From assembly GCA_032718475.1 (NCBI GenBank), contig JAUCBJ010000251.1:5447-69446 (forward strand): a DNA stretch of 64,000 nt. Direction: 5' to 3'. Both the position numbers and the translations under genes were made by a program. Shown here one piece after another: positions 39,140-50,559 of the stretch (position 1 is its first letter; each line of letters opens with the position of its first letter). Below the pieces are notes generated by a model that saw only the letters and a list, made by a program, of their open reading frames with translations, made no database searches and was not told where the DNA came from. The stretch comes from Nemertoderma westbladi. Taxonomy: Eukaryota > Animalia > Xenacoelomorpha.

Positions 39140-40982
39140 TGGTGGTTACTGTTCTCGTATCTGTGGTGATAATGGTTACTGTTATCGTATCTGTGGTGAT
39201 AATGGTTACTGTTCTCGTATCTGTGGTGGTTACTGTTCTTGCTATCTGTGGTGGATACTGTTCTTACTATCTATGGTGGTTACTGTTCTCGCTATCTATG
39301 GTGATAATGGTTACTGTTATCGTATCTGTGGTGATAATGGTTACTGTTCTCGTATCTGTGGTTGTAACTGTTCTCGTACCTGTGGTGGTAACTGTTCTCG
39401 CTATCTGTGGTGGTTACTGTTCTTTCTCTCTGTGGTGGTAACTGTTCTCGCTATCTGTGGTGGTTACTGTTCTTTCTATCTGTGGTGGTAACTGTTCTCG
39501 CTATCTGTGGTGGTTACTGTTCTTTCTATCTGTGGTGGTAACTGTTCTCGCTATCTGTGGTGGTTACTGTTCTTTCTATCTGTGGTGGTAACTGTTCTCG
39601 CTATCTGTGGTGGTTACTGTTCTTTCTATCTGTGGTTGTAACTGTTCTCGCTATCTGTGGTGATAACTGTTCTCGCTATCTGTGGTGGAGACTGTTCTCG
39701 CTATCTGTGGTGGTTGCTGTTCTCGCTATCTGTGGTGGTTACTGTTCTCGTACCTGTGGTGGTAACTGTTCTCGCTATCTGTGGTGGTTACTGTTCTTTC
39801 TATCTGTGGTGGTTACTGTTCTCGCTATCTGTGGTGGTTACTGTTCTTTCTATCTGTGGTGGTAACTGTTCTCGCTATCTGTGGTGGTTACTGTTCTTTC
39901 TATCTGTGGTGGTGACTGTTCTCGCTATCTGTGGTGGTTACTGTTCTTTCTATCTGTGGTGGTAACTGTTCTCGCTATCTGTGGTGGTTACTGTTCTTTC
40001 TATCTGTGGTGGTTACTGTTCTTTCTCTCTGTGGTGGTTACTGATCTCGCTATCTGTGGTGGTTACTGTTCTCGTACCTGTGGTGGTAATTGTTCTCGCT
40101 ATCTGTGGTGGTTACTGTTCTTTCTATCTGTGGTGGTTACTGTTCTCGCTATCTGTGGTGGTTACTGTTCTTTCTATCTGTGGTGGTAACTGTTCTCGCT
40201 ATCTGTGGTGGTTACTGTTCTTTCTATCTGTGGTGGTGACTGTTCTCGCTATCTGTGGTGGTTACTGTTCTTTCTATCTGTGGTGGTAACTGTTCTCGCT
40301 ATCTGTGGTGGTTGCTGTTCTCGCTATCTGTGGTGGTTACTGTTCTCGTACCTGTGGTGGTAACTGTTCTCGCTATCTGTGGTGGTTACTGTTCTTTCTA
40401 TCTGTGGTGGTTACTGTTCTCGCTATCTGTGGTGGTTACTGTTCTTTCTATCTGTGGTGGTAACTGTTCTCGCTATCTGTGGTGGTTACTGTTCTTTCTA
40501 TCTGTGGTGGTGACTGTTCTCGCTATCTGTGGTGGTTACTGTTCTTTCTATCTGTGGTGGTAACTGTTCTCGCTATCTGTGGTGGTTACTGTTCTTTCTA
40601 TCTGTGGTGGTTACTGTTCTTTCTCTCTGTGGTGGTTACTGTTCTCGCTATCTGTGGTGGTTACTGTTCTCGTACCTGTGGTGGTAACTGTTCTCGCTAT
40701 CTGTGGTGGTTACTGTTCTTTCTATCTGTGGTGGTTACTGTTCTCGCTATCTGTGGTGGTTACTGTTCTTTCTATCTGTGGTGGTAACTGTTCTCGCTAT
40801 CTGTGGTGGTTACTGTTCTTTCTATCTGTGGTGGTGACTGTTCTCGCTATCTGTGGTGGTTACTGTTCTTTCTATCTGTGGTGGTAACTGTTCTCGCTAT
40901 CTGTGGTGGTTACTGTTCTTTCTATCTGTGGTGGTTACTGTTCTTTCTATCTGTGGTGGTTACTTTTCTCGCTATCAGTGGC
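39140..40982. repeat. 25 bp minisatellite (about 70 units) with higher-order structure
   Basis: gttactgttctcgctatctgtggtg and gttactgttctttctatctgtggtg variants plus a periodic 24 bp ctcgtacc variant. Confidence 0.97.
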
Positions 40983-41064
40983 GGTTTAAAAAGTGTAGAT
41001 GTGCAAATAAAAAGCGTGAAATATGCCATTTTAAAAAAATTAACTTTTGTATCAGGCAATTCAA

Positions 41065-41720
41065 GTGTAGTATTATGTGTAGAAATATATTAATGTTTTA
41101 TAATAAATGTATAATTATATGTAGTAATTTTGAATAATAGTGTAGTAATTATTAAGTAATTAAACAATACTAAGGATGATCCAACTAGTGTAGTAATATA
41201 TTAATGTTTCTGTGTAGTAATTTTGAATAATAGTGTAGTAAAATATAAATGTTTTATAATAAAAATACGTAAAATTATGTGTAGTATTGCTTATAGTAAT
41301 ATATTAAGGATATATAATAAATGTATAATTATGTGTAGTAATTTTGAATTATAGTGTAGTAATATATTATTGTTTTTGAGTTATAATAAATGTATAATTA
41401 TGAGTAGTAATTTTGAATAATAGTGCATTAAAATATAAATGTTTTAAATAAAAATATGTAAAATTATGTGTAGTATTACTTATAGTAATATATTAAGGAT
41501 ATATAATAAATGTATAATTATATCAATAGAAATTTTGAGTAATTTATGTGTAGTAGTAATATATTATTAATGTAATATAATAAAAATAAAATATATATGT
41601 ATAATTATAATTATGTGTAGTAATTTATGTGTTATAATCTATGTGAAGCAATATATTTATGTCAATACCCCCCAACAAATATATATAATTACGTGAGATA
41701 TTATGTGTGGTAATATATTA
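41065..41720. repeat. Very AT-rich degenerate repeats with (t)gtgtagtaa motif
   Basis: tgtagta recurs many times; about 190 bp internal duplication (41215-41345 versus 41405-41520). Confidence 0.75.
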
Positions 41721-42561
41721 ATGTTATGTAATAAAAAATGACATATATCTATAAAATGAACAAATGAAAATCTCTAAGAAATTGTATTATAATACATATT
41801 ATTATAACGATTATTATAATAAATAAGAGTTCACTATAGTATATCATATATCATCGCTAATATATAATCTTTGTTGGTTGTACCACGCATACGCTAGTCA
41901 CGCTGTACTGCGCGCTATCTATTATACTGAACGTTTTTACGATTATTGATTACACAACTCAATGATTCTTATTTCATCCCCCCCCCCCCCCCCCGCAATC
42001 AATTGTACACGTATTTCCATCAACCAACCACATTTAAGATATTTTCTTATTCGCTGTTTAAGTCTGCTGTCTATGCCACATATTCTAACTTGCATTTGTT
42101 CCTAAGGACCACCCTCTTTACAACGATAAAAATAAATCAAGACTCTATTACTGTAAAGAGGGTGATCTTTAGGGAACAATTGAAAGTTAGTACTAAAAAA
42201 CGGTGTCAATTTATTACAGCGATACAGTTTAAAATTTTTATCACTTGTAATTTCATGGTAATAAATTGACTCCATATATAATTTTTTTAGTTCTCAGTCT
42301 GAAATTGTTGTAATTCTTTAGTTATTTCCTTGTTATCCTTATAATTTAATGATAACATTAAAATTACTAAGGAAATATCACAATTTAGATCCAACTATGG
42401 GGTCAATTGATTACAGCGATACGGTTTAAAATTTATCACTTGTAATATTTTTTGTATTTATTTATTATTATGGCTTTAACATAAAAAATAGCTGGAAATT
42501 TACTTACAATAAATATACTTGCACTGTCATTCACAGCAAGTATTTTATTGTCAATTCTCAG

Positions 42562-43103
42562 GATGACAACGAAACAATCTGTTTTTCTCATCAAGATACC
42601 CGCTATTTGCTGGACATTCTAGAAACAACAAACAATCAACATAAATCCAGACCACCAATTATACCAGGTAGGATATATCCCACTCTTCGTTTTGCGCGAG
42701 GAAATTTGAATATATCGATCAATCCCACATCGGGTGATGTTTACATTCAGAAACATGGCAAATGTAAACTTCTAAACAAAGCTTTTACCGAAGTTCTCAT
42801 TCAATACAGGGGGAAATTATTGCAATTTCTCTCTCTCATCCGCTAGAGATTATTGGCAATCAGTTTTACATTGAATTATCAAATCCAGAGTTTATTGGAT
42901 TTGTAACAGCTTTTAAAGGAACCAACTATGTCGGCTTATGGTAAATCACCCTCAGATATGTTGATAGTGTAGGTTTTAGTTATTATACGGGTTTCAATTT
43001 GACAAATCAGGAACTAACCGCTTTGTTGAATGAGTGGGATACGCAAATCAATGAAACAAACAAGCATCTTTTTGAAGATTTTAAAAATATCATTCAACTA
43101 TGA
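42562..43103 (+). pseudogene. PC4/Sub1-like ssDNA-binding or coactivator protein, disrupted
   Basis: 42840-43103 reads NQFYIELSNPEFIGFVTAFKGTNYVGLW*..YTGFNLTNQELTALLNEWDTQINE, resembling PC4 YVSVRDFKGKVLIDIR..KGISLNPEQWSQL; stop at 42942 and a frameshift relative to 42607-42846. Confidence 0.5.
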
Positions 43104-43115
43104 GACCGTCTCAAA

Positions 43116-43532
43116 ATGATTAAATCTGATAAAAAAATTATTATTACCAACACCGATAATCCTACAGAAGTGGGAGCAGCCAGAAATTCTATTGAGATGC
43201 ATTACTTGAATGATAAAGCCCATATTAGATTTCTCAAAGAAGCAATGGATGGTGTTTCTCTTACTGAGGCTAATGTGGATGGTTTTGTCATTTTGGATAA
43301 ACCTAAAGCATTCGTTGAGATTCCATCACCAAAACCAGATGTTGAAGAGAGTTGTTCTCAACCGCAACATGTCTTTCCTGAAATATTACCACGGAAGCCG
43401 AGATCGTCAAGTAAATTAACCAACGCAACAGCTGCAAAGAAACAGAAAGTTGTTGTTACCTCATTTCCAGTATATGAGGCTAATAACTTTACTTCGAAAC
43501 CTGAGTTCATGCCTGGATACCCTTATTGGTGA
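43116..43532 (+). CDS. Hypothetical Polinton protein, 138 aa
   Basis: ATG ORF co-oriented between the PC4-like and polymerase genes; basic patch PRKPR..AKKQK; no family recognised. Confidence 0.4.
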   Translation: MIKSDKKIIITNTDNPTEVGAARNSIEMHYLNDKAHIRFLKEAMDGVSLTEANVDGFVILDKPKAFVEIPSPKPDVEESCSQPQHVFPEILPRKPRSSSKLTNATAAKKQKVVVTSFPVYEANNFTSKPEFMPGYPYW

Positions 43533-43660
43533 TTGGCAATTGATTTAAAGTTATTTCGCTCGGTAGCATATAAATGTTTAGATATAGTCAATAACATTTC
43601 ATTTTATTTTAATCTTTTGTGATATTTTATTATTATTATATAATCTAAACAAACTTCAAC

Positions 43661-46600
43661 ATGGATAAAATAGTATTGTGTTGTTCATTCTGTCATATGA
43701 ATATAACTAGACATAATTATTTACGATGCCTAAAGTCACATTTTGAAGTTTATTCTTGTTTTAATTGTCATGTTACGACTTCATGCAGTGAAATTTGTAA
43801 ACGACATGAATCAACTATGGGTTGTAAAGAAATGAAGTTTCGCACCTATCAATTGACTTGTCCTACTTGTAATAAAGGATATTCATCTGAGAATTATTTA
43901 CCTCACGACTGTCACTTGAAATGTTAATACACAAGAAAGCATAAATCACCGCAACATAAGAATATAATATCTAGAAAAAACTTAAGACTGGTTCTTGGCA
44001 CATGTGCAACAATTTTTACATGGGAACAAGCCGCTCACGATAATCGTCTTGAAATTTATGTCCACGACCTCCCAACTTCTAGAGATTCAGTTAATATTAG
44101 ACAGATTGAAAGAAATGAATGTTCTTAGACTGTGGTTAGGTCTAAATGAATTAATGTACAGAACACATTTTTCAGAAGGTGAGCAATTAGAAACCTTTTA
44201 TTTTAATTCTTCCAGTGGTGCTATTAATACTGTAGATTCATCATCAGAAAGTTTTGATATTTGGTTTGAGTATATATGTTTTAGAAAATATATTACAAAA
44301 AATAGACATGTTTAACATACGTGGTTCAGGGTGGCGCATTAAATCTTTATTAAGAGTTGAAATTAAATTAGCTGATTCTAAGTGTAGGTCGTTACTATAT
44401 AAGGGACATGGATATATGGAATTACCTAAGGTTCTATCGAGTAAACGATGTACAATATATATACAAACGGCTGATAATGACTGTTTCAAATGGGCTATTA
44501 TAACTGCAAAATTTAGTAGCAAAGTGAAAAACTACAAAAACCATTCTTCGTCGTACAAAAATTATATGAGTCATTTCATTTTTGACAACGGGAAAAATGA
44601 TTATCCAACAGAGTGGCAGCTAGCGATTAAACTTTTTGAAAAACAAAATTCTAAATATATAATTAATTTACTATGTTGGAATAACAACAATAAACGGACC
44701 CCCGTATCTATATTAAGACAACCTCTGTTTAGTAAAATTACACCAGATAAAGAGTTATTAAATATATTACTTATAGTAAAAAATAACAATGTACCTAAAC
44801 TGAATCATTATGTTTGCATAACTAACTTGAATCGATTGCTGAATACGAGAGCTCTTCATATCCACAATAGCCAATATTGTGAACGATGTTTAGGGCATTT
44901 TTTTCGAATGGAAGTTCTCCAACGACACCGTCTCGCCTGCTACCAAGGAAGAAGTCAACGAGAGAAACTACCTAATAAAAAAAGAACACACATAAGTTTT
45001 ACAAATTTAGATAGAACCTTATCCCCATTGTTTGTCACCTACTTTGATATAGAATGTATCTTACAACCCTCAGTTAATAATCAATTTATACAGGAGCATA
45101 TACCGTGTGCTGTGAGTTATTTAATTGTTCCCAATAGTGAATTAATTGATCCTCCAAAATGTCATTTGAAAACATTCGTATAGTCAAATAATAATAATAA
45201 TTGTATTCAAGATTTCTTAGATTCATTAAATTCAAGAATAGATTAAAGAAGATTCAAGAAATACACGGATTGGGATATAAAGGTTATACCGAGAAATACA
45301 GAACGATATATTTCACTGAGCGCATTTATCCCAATTAAAAACACTTCTAAAAAAAATTGAGTTATGTGTCTTAGACACATATCAATTTTTAAGCTTTTCC
45401 CTAAGTAATTTAGTTGAGTGTTCAACAAAAGATGTAGCGAGTCATGATATAAGCTCAATTTTACCTATTACTCTACAAGAAATGAAATATTTTTATCCAA
45501 ACTTGAATAACTCAACAATTAATCGGAAAGGAGTATTTCCAAACAAGTACTTGACAAATATAAATAAATTTAATGATACAGGTTTGCCATCTATAAATAA
45601 TTTTTTTAGTAACTTAAGTCAAAAAACATGTACAATTGAAGATTATAGGTTTGATGGATTATCATGGGTAGAATTCGACTGTGTGAATCTCAAAGATTAT
45701 CTTTTAGCCTATTTAAAACTCAATGTTTGTTTGCTTGCCGATATATTTGAGAATTTTAGGAATGTTTGTAAACAAAATTATGATTTAGAAGTGGTTTTTT
45801 ACTGTAGTATCGCATCATTTACCTATGATTGCGCTCTAAAATATAATAAATGTAAAATAGAATTAATAAAGGATTAGCAGACATACAGAGATTTTGAAAA
45901 ATCAATTAGGGGTGGTGTTTCATTTTGTCGAAAGCATTATATAGAATCAAATATACCCGAAACAAGCACATATGATTCTACTAAGGAAGAATGCCATATT
46001 TTTAATATTGATTTCAACTCTTTATATTCTGGGAATTTAAGTAAAAAACTACCCACCTCATAATTCAAAGAAGTAAGTATTAAACATTTAGAGAATGCAA
46101 TTCCAGAAAAACTAATCGAGTACTTGGTAGATTTAGTCAATGACGGATCTACTGGATATTTTTTAATATGTGATTTAAATTACCCCAAAGCTATTCACGA
46201 TCAAACATTACAATTACTGTTAGCCCCAGAGGATTTAAGTATAAATGAATCAATGCTTTCACCTTATATGAGGGAACAATTTAATAACTTATCGATACAA
46301 AGAGGCACCACCGGTAAATATAAGATGTCTACTCCAAAACTCTTGCTGACACAATTTGATAAAGAATTTTATCATTTACACTTAGAAACTGTTAAAATTT
46401 TATATAAAACAAGGATTAATTGTTACTAAACTACATAAATTATATTCTTTTCAACAAGAATTTATATTTAAAAATTACATAGATTTTAACATTAATCAAA
46501 GGCGACTAGCAAAAAGTTACATTGAAACGGCTGTCGCAAAGCTGCTTAATAACTCTTTATTTGGTAAGTCAATAGAAAAGATACGGGACCGATGTAACTT

Positions 46601-49017
46601 TCGTATCGCAAATAGCAATGATAAATGCGACCAATTGGTGAATCGTATTAATCATGAACAATTTATAATATACAATAATACATTATCGGGTCATTTATTA
46701 GTGAAAGACTCAGTAACTCTCGATAAGCCTATATTTATTGGTAGCGCGGTGTTGGATTTGGCTAAACTTGATATGTATGAACTGTATTACAATAGATTAC
46801 TACCTATTGAGAAAGAATTAAACTGCCGTATTGAAATTGCTGCATCAGATACAGACTCATTAATAGGTTGTGGGGCGAGCCACGAAGTGAGTGAGCCTTA
46901 GCGTAGTGGTACCATTAATCAACCTGTCGTTCTGTCGTTCTGTCGTTCTGTCGTTCTGTCGCGTTCAATTTTAAACGTTAATAACTCGGCCAATCTTTTA
47001 TGAAATCTATCCAAACTTGGTACACATGTTGTTTTGCAAAAGTTTATAAATTTTCCAAGTAGAATTTCCGTGTGGCCTTCGAGAAGCTAAGATAATAGCA
47101 GTTAATTAGTTAATTAAGTTGATTATGGTAAAAACACCATTTTCAACCTGCCTTTTAAAGGAAATTAATTGTTTTACAGTATAAGATTTAAATAATTATA
47201 CTTAAAAATTATACAGATGTAATCCACATACGCCATTCTATTATAGTTTTAATTAGTTCAAGTGATTTGCTTTAATAATTGTGTCCTTAATTGATCTAAA
47301 GTATTTAAAATGGCGTAAAAAATTGATTCTCATTAAATACTGCTCATTTATTGGCCAACATGCTGGTACATAGATGGAAGGATGTGTGTTAAGGCAGCCA
47401 GTTGCTGGGAATGATTATTGGTCAAGTCTCTGCTGGTGTGGACTAGCTGGGAGTTGTGGCTGTAGACTAACCAGAGAGGAATTGTAATAGGCAACCAGTA
47501 TTGCTATTCCAGCCCAGACAGCATTCTTTAAATCCAACATCCCAACATTGACTCTACTATAAGTGTTGTATTGCTATCTCAGGTAAATGACAGATATAAT
47601 AACATAAATACCATCCATGGCATGGCTGTTGTAGGCTTCTGAAATAGTTTATTCCACAATGTATATGTCTGGTTATTTTTTAATTGAATTTTTGCAAAGT
47701 AGTAAAATTAATGTTCTTAAAAATAATATTATTATTTTATATGTAACCTGGGAAATTAGCTACATTTTTTCGCTGCAGCTTTAAGAGTGTACATTGATTT
47801 AATATTATTTCAATACCCATATTACTACATCGGCATAAGATGCATTGGCGTTGTATCACACATCTCCACATATCACACATCTCCACATAGATGTATCAAC
47901 AGTTACTCGCACAGTTTCGAAACTTCGCATAGTTATAACTGTATAAAGATCGTCAGTCTGCGTTTAGGAAAAATATTTTATGACAAAACAGGACAAGCGA
48001 CGAGCGCAACGAGGCATATAATGAAGACGAGTACTGCGTTGACTAAATTATTATATAAACCACCTGGCTTCACATATTGATCGCATCCCTAGTTATTATT
48101 ATTATAAAGATCGTCCTAGCCTGCGTTTAAGAAATATATTTAAATACAAAACAGGACGAACGCAAAGAGGCTTATAATGAAAACGAGTACTGCGTTTATT
48201 ATATTCCTATAAACCACCTGGCTTTGCATATTTAACATGCGATTGGAAATAAGTTCGTGCTACCCTTCCGTGGGTGGTAGATGTCGCGGTTATGTATTGG
48301 TGGTTGGGAAGGGTGGGGGGGGGGGGGGAGAGATTAAAAGGGGTGAACACATACTGTCCCCCTTTCTTTGATTGATTGGCGGTGTGGGTAAATTTCTCAA
48401 AACCTGATTTTGTGATACAGTCACTCAATTTTAATTTGTATCTAATAACTGGGCCTCGTGCTGCGCGAAGGCCCCACGAACGAGTTATTATAATACATCG
48501 CAGAGTAATTTTTAAAAGCATTAATTAAAAATAATATTTTAGATATATCCAATTACCCTCAGGATCACCTGCTTTATAGTAATAAAAATAAATCGAGACT
48601 TTATTACTGTAAATATGAACTAGCCTCACGTGAAATTAAACAAGCAGTATTTTTAAGACCAAAATTATATTCAATTTTGGAATGGAATAACAGAAATATT
48701 CGCAGAGCAAAAGGTATTACAAGAGCTGTTGTGGAAACGAATATTACTCATGAAGAATATTTAAAAGCATATAACTCAAATGAAGAAATAAAAAAAAAAA
48801 CATACACAGATTTCAATCTAAATTACATCGTATTTATACCTTAAAGCAAAATAAATTTGCACTCAGTAGCTTTGATGATAAACTTTATTGGCTTAATAAA
48901 AATCAATCACTTCCTTGAGGACACTATAAAACAAACCTCAAAAAACCTATAAAAATATCAAATATACCAATTTATGAAGAACCGAAAGATGATGGTGAAT
49001 TATCAAATAGTAAATAA
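43661..49017 (+). pseudogene. Protein-primed DNA polymerase B (pPolB) with N-terminal Cys/His fingers, fragmented and interrupted
   Basis: GSGW, DNDCFKWAI, HYVCITNLNRLL, YCERCL, YFDIEC, RKGVFP, LLADIFENFR, KSIRGG, DFNSLY, KLLNNSLFGK, KPIFIGSAVLDLAK, DTDS; resumes after the 46865-48486 insertion with LRPKLYS, RAKGI, LSSFDDK, SLP*GHY; ends at TAA 49015-49017. Confidence 0.93.
46865..48486 (+). mobile_element. Helentron/DINE-like non-autonomous element, copy 2, inserted in pPolB just after DTDS
   Basis: Subterminal inverted repeat gtggggc / gccccac; (ctgtcgtt)n; colinear with 26200-27705. Confidence 0.72.
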
Positions 49018-49495
49018 AAATATAAGTTGTAAGCAGATCATTTCTGGACTTAATTTAAAAGAATTAAAAAATCAATTGACAGGTAAAATTATACTCAAAC
49101 CTAATCAGTTTATATATAAGGTATTTGGTGCAACCTTATTAATGTTTACAAATGGACAAATAACAATTCTTGGTAGAAAATATAATTTTAATAAAGTTAA
49201 AAAGCATATATTTGAAAAAACAAACATTAATTTGATTTTTAAATCTATCAATTTGTGTACTTATATTTTTAGTATTGACACCGTAATCTATAGGTTACTT
49301 ATAAACAATATCGGGTTTTATGTTATATTTGATAATGTTAAACTAGAAATTTCATATGAGCCAGAAATATTCAATAACTGTAAAGTCAGAATAAATAATA
49401 TTGTTGTTATTTGCTGTTTCTACACCGGTAAATGTACATTAATGTGTTCTCCGTTTAAATTTCAAATATATATTATCCTATATTCAACAAACTGA
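48974..49495 (+). CDS. Divergent TATA-binding-protein-like protein of the Polinton element
   Basis: Two TBP-like repeats: IVN..LNLKEL..ATLLMFTNGQITILG and SYEPEIF..ICCFYTGKCTL (TBP: TALIFSSGKMVCTG; SYEPELF..LLIFVSGKVVL); 173 aa, core-only size, intronless, overlaps the pPolB 3' end. Confidence 0.8.
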   Translation: MKNRKMMVNYQIVNKNISCKQIISGLNLKELKNQLTGKIILKPNQFIYKVFGATLLMFTNGQITILGRKYNFNKVKKHIFEKTNINLIFKSINLCTYIFSIDTVIYRLLINNIGFYVIFDNVKLEISYEPEIFNNCKVRINNIVVICCFYTGKCTLMCSPFKFQIYIILYSTN

Positions 49496-50559
49496 TTAAT
49501 AATTTATTATTGTTTGGTGGAGGGTTTTTGATGTAAAATATAATTAGAAAGAGTGAAATTTATTGTTGTTGTTTGGTGGTGGAGATTTTTTACTGTAAAA
49601 TATATATATATTAAATTGAGGGAGAAGAAATTTATGAATATTTTTTAAATCAACAACTAGTTGGGGAAACTAACTAACTTCAGCAGAGCGATTGCTTGTA
49701 ACAGCCTAGTATGCATAGTATACCCAGAGACAGTAGCTAGCTAGCTAAGCATCGCACGAGTGAGCTACAGTTGCGCACGCATCTGTTACTTATGACTGTG
49801 TGCAGCGAGCATCGCTAAGCTCGTTGAGAAAAGTTTAGGGCTATGTACTGGTATTCATAGTCAAAGTCGAAGCCCTCCTATCTGTTACTAGCCCGTATAC
49901 ATATTATTAAAACATCGGCTATGCATTTCCCTACATTCAGAATAGAATAGAATAGAATAGAATAATGAACAGAGCATATATCACTAATCCGCATGGGAAA
50001 AGTTTATGTTAGGCATTTTGTTAACTATGTGAATTTTGTAATGTAAACATCTGCGACCCTCTACAAAAATATATATAAACTCAATTTTTCTAACAGTGAA
50101 CTATAATTTTGTTAACCAAAATAAGAAAAAAAAAATACCGGTATACTCTAGCCTATACTATACTATATTATAATCATAACCAACCTGTAACAGTAAAATG
50201 ACAGCAAGTGTGACAAGTTGTTCTATGAAATTCGATCTTGAAGCTGGTGATGTATACCTTCAAGCGGCAAATATAGTCGACATTAGTAGGTCAGTCAGTC
50301 AGTTAGTCAGTATCGATAAATCTCTCTCATTACCGGTACCATTTATAAATTGGTTGCTGTTGCGGTTGTGGTTATGAATGTGTCACAACAACATCATTAT
50401 CATCTTCTTCCCATGGGTTGTTTGGGGGTAACATTGGATTTGTTATACCATCCTCCCAATTTTCTTGAGAAATTATACCGGTATCGCATGTATGAATTTC
50501 GCTATCGCCGGGTTGAATTCTCACATTTAATGTGAAATTTTTCATTGTTTTAAAATCCA

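Larger units (their letters stand above)
42560..49620 (+). mobile_element. Decayed, partial Polinton/Maverick (adintovirus-like) endogenous viral element
   Basis: Protein-primed family B polymerase pseudogene with tightly packed co-oriented neighbouring ORFs; integrase, ATPase, protease, capsid genes and TIRs not seen in the window. Confidence 0.82.

Noticed and set aside
39140-40982. CRISPR-like array or the many 102 aa ORFs
   Set aside because: Head-to-tail units with no unique spacers and no cas genes, in a eukaryotic context; the ORFs are artefacts of the repeat.
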